Assembly (NCBI GenBank): GCA_023398165.1
Contig: JAEWSQ010000018.1
Span: 4,581-68,580, forward strand
Source of the DNA: Spirochaetota bacterium
GTDB taxonomy: Bacteria > Spirochaetota > Spirochaetia > Treponematales > Treponemataceae
DNA: 64,000 bases
Direction of reading: 5' to 3'
This document shows, piece after piece, positions 39,031 to 46,106 of the stretch (positions within the stretch are counted from its first letter, which is position 1; every line of letters starts with the position of its first letter). The notes under the pieces were generated by a model, which searched no databases, was not told where the DNA came from, and worked only from the letters and a program-made list of their open reading frames with translations. Made by a program: the position numbers and the translations under genes.

Positions 39031-39948
39031 CTAGTTTACAGCCCTGGCAGCTGCGCGTGAAAGAATACCGTTGACAAAGAGGATTATTATCATAACGACA
39101 ATAAAGTATAGTATAGAAATTGTGGTACTGTACTCAAATTTACCGAGCTGCACATTATCGACTATCATCTGCATAATACTGTTAGAATAGTCAGTAAAGT
39201 AATCTATGATGGAATAAATTATTGCCATTACAATGGTTGGTGAAATTAATATGAACGTTATTTTCCAAAATATTTCCCAGCCGGTCGCTCCTTCTATTTT
39301 TGCCGCTTCGTACATGCTGTCGGGAATACTGTGAAGTGCAGACAGGAGAAGGAGTATTTGAACTCCTGATTTCCAGGTTAGATCGAATATTTGTCCGACG
39401 GTCTGTGTAATTATTTTTGTAAATGACGGGCCGAAACCGGAGAAGACAAGAATATCAGTCAAGTTTCCTGTCTGAAACAATGTTACAGCCTCTCCTGTTC
39501 CCGAAGCAAAAACATTCTGCTGCAGTATGGTAATAACCACGCCTGATGAAATAATCACGGGTAAAAAGAAAATTGCACGCATTGCTGTTTTTCCCCTGAA
39601 CTCGGAGCGGAGAATGAGCGCTATAAAAAGACTGAAGCATATTATTATAGGAACCTGATACACTATGTGTAAAGCAGACTCTACAATGTTTCTCGTAAAA
39701 TCAGGATCCACGGTAAAAGCATACACATAGTTGTCAAACCCGGCCCAGTTAAAAGAAAGGCCGTCCTGATTTATTTCTATTGTAGTCAGTGTGTAATAAA
39801 AAGACGTAACGAGAGGGATTGCAAAAAAGAAAATGAAGCCGACAATCCAGGGTGAAATGAAAACCCAGCCCCATAGAGCTTTTTTTTCCGTAAGCCCTCT
39901 TTTCCTAAAAGGATTAAACCCGTTTATTTTGTTTGAAAGCAGTTTCAT
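39031..39948 (-). CDS. Carbohydrate ABC transporter permease (MalF-like)
   Basis: Six-TM profile and an EAA loop (YEAAKIEGATGWEIFWKITF). ATGA overlap with the upstream gene. Confidence 0.9.
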   Translation of the reverse strand: MKLLSNKINGFNPFRKRGLTEKKALWGWVFISPWIVGFIFFFAIPLVTSFYYTLTTIEINQDGLSFNWAGFDNYVYAFTVDPDFTRNIVESALHIVYQVPIIICFSLFIALILRSEFRGKTAMRAIFFLPVIISSGVVITILQQNVFASGTGEAVTLFQTGNLTDILVFSGFGPSFTKIITQTVGQIFDLTWKSGVQILLLLSALHSIPDSMYEAAKIEGATGWEIFWKITFILISPTIVMAIIYSIIDYFTDYSNSIMQMIVDNVQLGKFEYSTTISILYFIVVMIIILFVNGILSRAAARAVN

Positions 39949-42176
39949 TTTTCCAGCCTCTTTTCACTTACATTCATCACAGAATACGCCATTGACCTGA
40001 TGATCTCCCCTGATGTATATACACAATCTTTTTCTTCCGGATTTATGATAATTACAACTCCATTATCATAAACAGTTTCCCTCAGTCCGTTTTCGAACAC
40101 GGTATGTTTTTCAATTGATGCATCTTTCACTTTCTCCAATACTGATGTAATTTCATTGTATACAGAGGCAGCCTCATCAATCCAGTCAGGCGCATACACG
40201 CTCATATACGAGTCAAGTCTTGTTTCGTTCATATCATCCGCATTTTGTGTAACCCAGACAAAGGAAGGCATTGATCCGCTTTCAAGCAGTTTAAGTTTGT
40301 ACCTCTGTGGATCTGTTTCACGGTTTGCACTTACATTCGAAAATGGAATATATCCTTTTAGCACTATCTGATAAAAAGGTACTTCTGTATCCTCTATATC
40401 GAAGCGGCTTGAAGAGGACGGAAGATCGCCTGCAAATGAAGTATATGCAAGGGCATATGCAAACGGCCGGGAGAAATACAGTTTTCTTCCCTCTGAAAGG
40501 CTTGCAATAAGAGACTCGAAAACGTCCTGCGTCTGCGGCCGGGAAATACCTGTTCCTGAAGAAAAATTAGAGCCTAAAACCTGGGCAAGTGTATCAGGAG
40601 CAAGATTTAGAGAAGTATTTGTTAACGATTCTTTAAAATGCCGTGTATATTTTTCAACAGAAGATGCCTTGAGTATCCAGTAAGGCTCGCTTTCGTATCT
40701 CTCATTAAATGTCGCAAGAGCATACTGCGGAATTGCTGCAGGAGTTTTATTAATAGCTCTGTTTGTATTAAGTTCTTTTAAATGCATAAGATCTGATTTA
40801 AATAAATTTACAAAGTCTGCACCTGCATAAAAAGGAATATTTTTAGTTTCCAATAGCCCGATCATTTTAGTAAATTCCTTTTTCCCTCCAAGTGCACTTT
40901 CAGGTTTTGCACTTACAGGATATTTCCCAAATAAACCGCCATCCGCCCAGCCGTCATATTTTACGACAAAGTTAGTGACACCCTTTTGTTCAAGATTTTC
41001 AACAGTACGTATGACATCATTAAACGGCGTGTAGGGGACCATAACATCAAGCGGGATTCCCGCAACAGGCTTTTTTTTCTCCGTGCTTCCTAAAAAACTG
41101 AGAACAAGAGAGGGTTCTATGCCTGTTTTATCAAGAGGAAATTTTCCGTTATCCTGAAGATATTTTCTATATGCCTTTGCCATTCCGGTATAATCAGATT
41201 CTTTTTCACCAAGAAAAATATACCGGACAGAAAACACTTCATCTGCGAAATTTCCTTTTTCAAATATTTTAATATCGCGCGGAGTTCCGGTTCTTTCCCG
41301 AAATGAAAACACGTCATAATCGCGGACAATACAGGAAGCATTAACCGCATTGTAGCTCGTCTTTTGAAAGGCAGTTTCGGCGCTTATGTATGCGCGGGAA
41401 GGACTCTTTTCAATAACGGCAATAAAACCTGCACCCTCTTTTTTCATGCCGAATACCGGAAGATGAATTTCCTCTGTCACATTTTTTTTCATAACAGGAA
41501 TTACAGATACATCACGAGCGTACACATACTGCTGATAAAGCGCCTCTGTATTTCTGTTAGTGAAATTAATAAGAGAGCCGCAGCCGTCCGGTACAAATAT
41601 ATACCCCTTCTCATCTTCCCCGGCAGAGCCGAAATACGGAAGCAGCGTAAAATCAAGAATTCTTAACACATCTTCATCGTTTTCCCATATTTGTCCGAGA
41701 GGGACTGATGCGACAAGGCTGTTTCCCTCGATGGTAATATCAACAGGAATTTCTATTCCTTCGCGTTTAAAAAACTGTACTAAACGGAATCCGTTTTCTA
41801 GAGTTTGAACATCGAGCGTATTGCGCTTTACGACATTCGTGTAGCTGTTAGCAGGAAAAAAAGACCCTTTATCATCCTTAGTGCGTATTGTTACTATTGA
41901 AGGAACAGCGTTTTTATTAAAACCCGAGGATGCTGTATCGGACTCCCAATCTGACGGAACAGAGTACCAGACATAACCTGAAGAAATACAGCGTACCGCG
42001 AAGAATCCGTTTTTTTCATCCAGATATAGTTCAAGTTCTTCTGTCTGCGCCGCAATAACATAGCCAGAAGATGCAAGTTCTTCTTCCGGTATAGAACGGC
42101 TTTCTGCCAACGAAGGCAGCTGAAGAAATACAAAGAGAATCAAAACTGCTGTATATATTTTCTTAACCATCATCAC
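39945..42176 (-). CDS. Secreted 743-aa protein of unknown function (possibly DUF5696-like)
   Basis: Signal peptide MMMVKKIYTAVLILFVFLQLPSLA. I can identify no catalytic motif. The DUF5696 suggestion rests only on my recollection that such proteins neighbour YIP1-family and sugar ABC genes. AAGGAG RBS present. Confidence 0.6.
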   Translation of the reverse strand: MMMVKKIYTAVLILFVFLQLPSLAESRSIPEEELASSGYVIAAQTEELELYLDEKNGFFAVRCISSGYVWYSVPSDWESDTASSGFNKNAVPSIVTIRTKDDKGSFFPANSYTNVVKRNTLDVQTLENGFRLVQFFKREGIEIPVDITIEGNSLVASVPLGQIWENDEDVLRILDFTLLPYFGSAGEDEKGYIFVPDGCGSLINFTNRNTEALYQQYVYARDVSVIPVMKKNVTEEIHLPVFGMKKEGAGFIAVIEKSPSRAYISAETAFQKTSYNAVNASCIVRDYDVFSFRERTGTPRDIKIFEKGNFADEVFSVRYIFLGEKESDYTGMAKAYRKYLQDNGKFPLDKTGIEPSLVLSFLGSTEKKKPVAGIPLDVMVPYTPFNDVIRTVENLEQKGVTNFVVKYDGWADGGLFGKYPVSAKPESALGGKKEFTKMIGLLETKNIPFYAGADFVNLFKSDLMHLKELNTNRAINKTPAAIPQYALATFNERYESEPYWILKASSVEKYTRHFKESLTNTSLNLAPDTLAQVLGSNFSSGTGISRPQTQDVFESLIASLSEGRKLYFSRPFAYALAYTSFAGDLPSSSSRFDIEDTEVPFYQIVLKGYIPFSNVSANRETDPQRYKLKLLESGSMPSFVWVTQNADDMNETRLDSYMSVYAPDWIDEAASVYNEITSVLEKVKDASIEKHTVFENGLRETVYDNGVVIIINPEEKDCVYTSGEIIRSMAYSVMNVSEKRLEK

Positions 42177-42192
42177 ATGAAACTCCTTTACC

Positions 42193-42519
42193 TTACATTC
42201 TCATGAGTATTTCCTGCACAAGCGTGGAACCGAAAGACCATATCTGCGAGAACAGAGAAAAGAACAGCAGCATTATTACAATTATTAGAACAATGCCTGC
42301 TACCGTGAGAGCCATGGAAAAAATAGTTTTCTTAAAAGTGTACTGATGAACTGCTTTTACCGCCATGGTCATCATAAATATTGAATACCCTATCTGTACT
42401 GTCTGGAAAATATCGAGGAATAATCCTTCCTCCCTTGTAATAACATTGCTTATAATTGTTAAGGGAATAACGGAAAGAACATAAAAAAGCCGCGCAAATG
42501 AACTGAAAATCCAAATTTC
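42193..42519 (-). pseudogene. C-terminal 108 codons of the Yip1 membrane domain, in frame with and directly following the TAG of the upstream ORF
   Basis: My translation after the TAG is EIWIFSSFARLFYVLSVIPLTIISNVITREEGLFLDIFQTVQIGYSIFMMTMAVKAVHQYTFKKTIFSMALTVAGIVLIIVIMLLFFSLFSQIWSFGSTLVQEILMRM. It contains hydrophobic helices that would complete the Yip1 domain begun upstream. No RBS of its own. Confidence 0.6.
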
Positions 42520-44298
42520 CTAAAACTTACCCATGCCGTCTAGAAGCGTGCAGACTGCCCAGTTTGAAACACACCACAGGATAAAGATGCCGACGGTTGA
42601 TGCAAAATTTATAAGAAGATTCATTTCATCGAGTTTATTGCCGTTAAAAATAAACCCGGTAAACTGAAATTCAATAATACTCATTATAAAAGTCAATACT
42701 AGAATACTATTTGCAAAAAGAAGTCTGCCCTGCTTTTCATCCTTCAGCTCCTCCCATCCCCTTCCCGGATGTGCTATAAGATAAAACGGAAACTGAAGAG
42801 CCTTAACATATACCGATCTTTCAACAGGACGGTTTTTTCTTCTTTGAATAATTATGTGAGAAATAACCGGAGGAGAAACAAGAGCGAGAACGATGCAGAG
42901 CATGAAGAGCATAAAATTGTCCCGCAGGAAAGCAGTTCTCCATTCAAGGAAGGAATCGGAATAGAAACGGTGAAACTGAGCCTCTTTGTAGAAGTACATT
43001 GATTTCTCATAATTACCGAGCCGTTCATAGGAACGTCCGAGTCCGCGGAGAATCAGATAATTGCTGCGGTCAAGCTTAAGTGCCTCATACCACGGCTCAA
43101 GGGCTTGTTCATAGTATCCTTCCTCATAGAGAATTGTAGCTGACCGCAGTGCCTTTCCGTACCGTGTCGGTTTAAATGAAGTGAGGCTTCCCTTAACATT
43201 ATCAAGAACATATATTGTATCTTGTATACAGACTAAGTCTGCAGCATTGCCGAAGGTGCCTGTCTGGTTTCCCGGTCCGCCCGATATTGATACTAAGTTG
43301 CATGACTGGTCGTACTGAAAAATCCGCCCGCGTTCGACATCGAGTACTGTAATGAATCCGTAGTCATCGACATCGAGAGCAATGAGACTCGATTTTTCGA
43401 TGCGGTTTGTGTAGGTATATTCAAAATCGCCGAAAAACATGAGGTCGGGTTTTTGTATAAAAAAGAGAATATTCTGGGAAAGTGGATTCAGTTTTCTCAC
43501 CTGTCCCGGCTGTTCATTATCCCCGTAATTGGATACAGTATAAATGAAACCTTCTTTATCAATACAGAAATTTGCATACTCAACGGGAACATACCGGTAC
43601 ATTCTCTGCTGCTGTTCTTTTGTCGCAAAAAATCTCCATACACGGTCGGAGAGAAGCTTCTGGTTTACGCTGACCTTATTTGATCCGAAGAAACCCAGAA
43701 AGTCGCCGTTTTCATCAAAGGTGTAGGCGCCTTCATATGCCCCGAACGAAAGCACATATATAACACCTGCATGATCGACTAGAACTTTATGCGGAATGAA
43801 ATCTGTCTGTTCATCTATTAAATCGGTAACCGGTTTTCTAATAACCCTGGTGCAGACTCCGTCAAGAGAGGTAATAAAAACTGCTTTAGCACCCCGGTCT
43901 GCTATGTATAGATTTTTATTCTCATCCACATACAAGCCTGCAGGTTCCTCAAGTTCGAGATTTGAACCATCCAATGAAAAAGAATTTATAGTTTTCACGA
44001 GTTTCATTTCTGAATCAACAACAATGACTCTTTTATTTCCCGAGTCGAGAATATAAATAAACCCTTCAGTATCTTTGCATAAATCCTTAGGATTATTCAT
44101 CGCCCCTATTCCAAGATGCCAGCCGTTTACCGCGTTTCGAGCTTCATAAGAAGGGAAAGAGGGAACACTTGTGTCCCATATATCATACTTATAGGAAAGA
44201 TAGGTGACAGGAGCGTTTAAAGGAGGAACTGCAAAGGCTGAAAAGGCAATAAGGCAAAACAAAAGGATTGTAAAATTTTTTTGTATCTTCCTTTTCAT
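42520..44298 (-). CDS. NHL-repeat beta-propeller / TPR / Yip1-domain membrane protein (592 codons up to an in-frame TAG)
   Basis: Signal/anchor MKRKIQKNFTILLFCLIAFSAFA. NHL-like repeats (FIYILDSGNKRVIVVD, NLYIADRGAKAVFI). TPR units (YYEQALEPWYEALKLDRSNYLILRGLGRSYERLGNYEKSMYFYKEA). TM helices then end ...LLDGMGKF before the TAG at 42520-42522. ATG at 44298 with AAGGAG upstream. Confidence 0.75.
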   Translation of the reverse strand: MKRKIQKNFTILLFCLIAFSAFAVPPLNAPVTYLSYKYDIWDTSVPSFPSYEARNAVNGWHLGIGAMNNPKDLCKDTEGFIYILDSGNKRVIVVDSEMKLVKTINSFSLDGSNLELEEPAGLYVDENKNLYIADRGAKAVFITSLDGVCTRVIRKPVTDLIDEQTDFIPHKVLVDHAGVIYVLSFGAYEGAYTFDENGDFLGFFGSNKVSVNQKLLSDRVWRFFATKEQQQRMYRYVPVEYANFCIDKEGFIYTVSNYGDNEQPGQVRKLNPLSQNILFFIQKPDLMFFGDFEYTYTNRIEKSSLIALDVDDYGFITVLDVERGRIFQYDQSCNLVSISGGPGNQTGTFGNAADLVCIQDTIYVLDNVKGSLTSFKPTRYGKALRSATILYEEGYYEQALEPWYEALKLDRSNYLILRGLGRSYERLGNYEKSMYFYKEAQFHRFYSDSFLEWRTAFLRDNFMLFMLCIVLALVSPPVISHIIIQRRKNRPVERSVYVKALQFPFYLIAHPGRGWEELKDEKQGRLLFANSILVLTFIMSIIEFQFTGFIFNGNKLDEMNLLINFASTVGIFILWCVSNWAVCTLLDGMGKF

Positions 44299-44302
44299 AA
44301 CC

Positions 44303-45193
44303 CTACTCCTTAATCCCGGATGAGGCCATTGTTTGAATGACCGATTTCTGCGTTGCTTGAAACAGCACAAGAGGAGGAATCATCATTACGAGGGCAACAG
44401 AAGCAACAACCCCTGCGCGTGCAAAACCGCCCGACTGTATCTGCGTCATAATGGAGGGAAGAACTTTCATACTCTCGTCATAGATGAACGAGTTTCCGCT
44501 CTGATTCCAAACATCCTTGAATGAGAAAATTATGAGTGTTAACCAGGCCGGCTTTACCGAAGGCATAACGACCTTTGACCAGATAAAAAACTCATTGCCT
44601 CCGTCTATTCTTGCAGCTTCTAAAAGCGAAACTGGAATTTGAGTCATAAACTGCTTCATAAGAAAAACGCCGAGAGTTCCCTGCACCACAGGCAGAATTA
44701 ATGAAAGATAAGAATTTATTAGACCGAGCTTTGCAATAATAACATACTGGGGTATATACAAAACCTGTCCGGTAAAGAGGAGAGCAAGAACAATAATTTG
44801 AGAGATTATTTTTTTCCCGGGGAATTCATGTTTTGCAAGAGGATAAGCCGCCATGCTCGCAAATATAACGCTTCCCGTTGTCGCAAGCACTGTCACAAAA
44901 GCGCTGTTGAACAAGTAGCGGCTGAAGGGAACCCATAAACTCGATAAAATATGTTTAAGCTGAATGAAATTATCCAGCGTAGGATTTGCAACATACAGAC
45001 GGGGAGGAAAAATAAAAAGTTCTTCCATCGGTTTAAATGCAGAGACAAGGGTATAAATAATGGGAAGCAGCATAAAAGAACCGAGAAGCGCAAGCCACAG
45101 AAACAAAAAGAAGTCAACCCCGCGCGATCTGTTTATTTTATCTGCCCCGCGGTACTTAATACGGCGGATTACTTTTTTAACTGTACTAGTCAT
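44303..45193 (-). CDS. Carbohydrate ABC transporter permease (MalG-like)
   Basis: Six-TM profile and an EAA loop (LLEAARIDGGNEFFIWSKVVMP). Confidence 0.9.
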   Translation of the reverse strand: MTSTVKKVIRRIKYRGADKINRSRGVDFFLFLWLALLGSFMLLPIIYTLVSAFKPMEELFIFPPRLYVANPTLDNFIQLKHILSSLWVPFSRYLFNSAFVTVLATTGSVIFASMAAYPLAKHEFPGKKIISQIIVLALLFTGQVLYIPQYVIIAKLGLINSYLSLILPVVQGTLGVFLMKQFMTQIPVSLLEAARIDGGNEFFIWSKVVMPSVKPAWLTLIIFSFKDVWNQSGNSFIYDESMKVLPSIMTQIQSGGFARAGVVASVALVMMIPPLVLFQATQKSVIQTMASSGIKE

Positions 45194-46106
45194 TTGAAAC
45201 CCTCTTTATTATTTTCAAAATGATCTGATTCGTAACAACCATGATGACAAATAAAAACACAGAAATTGTACAGGCGTACCCCATCTCAAAACGGACTATA
45301 CCAAAATCATTTATGTACGTTCCAATCGTATCCGCAGCATAACCGCGTGTCGGAAAACCGGCAACAGATTTAACAACTTCCGTTACCCCGAATGATGCGC
45401 TAATCTGCATGACGGCGCCGAACAAAAGCTGAGGAGCCATACTCGGCAGCGTAATGTACCATAACTCCTGCCAGCGGTTTTTAATACCGTCAATAACTCC
45501 TGCTTCATACAGCGATTTATCTATGCTTTGAAATCCTGCAATAAAGGCAAGAAAGCCGGCACCGAAACTGAGCCACAGCTGTACCACAAGGACAACACCC
45601 AGTACATATTTTGTGTCACCTATCCAGTCCCTTGGCTCCTGAAGAATGCCGAGAGTCATAAGCCACCCGTTCATTAATCCGTAAAAATCGCCTGAGAAAA
45701 TAATCGTCCAAATATAAAAAACATTTCCTGCAAGCGTAGGAGCATAAAATACAAGAGTCCATAGGGAACGGGGAACGGGTTTGTAATCATTAATGAGCCA
45801 TGCAAGAAGGAAAGATAAAACATACCCTGCAGGCCCTGTAATAAAAGCAAATATCAGCGTGTTTTTTAAAACAGTTAAAAAAACCTGATCATCGAGAAGA
45901 AGACGTACGTAATTTGAAAGCCCCACCCACCGCGGTGTTTCGAGCATATTAAAATTGGTAAAACTTAAAAATATAGAGGAGATGATCGGAATAAGAGTGA
46001 ACACAATAAACAGAATAAAAAAAGGAGCCATTAAGGCATAGCTCTCGCGGGCGGCCCATATTTTCTGTGCAAGTGTTTTTGTTCCGGCATACTGAAGTTT
46101 ATTCAT
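45186..46106 (-). CDS. Carbohydrate ABC transporter permease (MalF-like)
   Basis: Six-TM profile and an EAA loop (LYEAGVIDGIKNRWQELWYITLP). The probable start MNKLQY at 46106 overlaps the upstream stop (ATGAATAA). The track start is 46184. Confidence 0.9.
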   Translation of the reverse strand: MNKLQYAGTKTLAQKIWAARESYALMAPFFILFIVFTLIPIISSIFLSFTNFNMLETPRWVGLSNYVRLLLDDQVFLTVLKNTLIFAFITGPAGYVLSFLLAWLINDYKPVPRSLWTLVFYAPTLAGNVFYIWTIIFSGDFYGLMNGWLMTLGILQEPRDWIGDTKYVLGVVLVVQLWLSFGAGFLAFIAGFQSIDKSLYEAGVIDGIKNRWQELWYITLPSMAPQLLFGAVMQISASFGVTEVVKSVAGFPTRGYAADTIGTYINDFGIVRFEMGYACTISVFLFVIMVVTNQIILKIIKRVSND

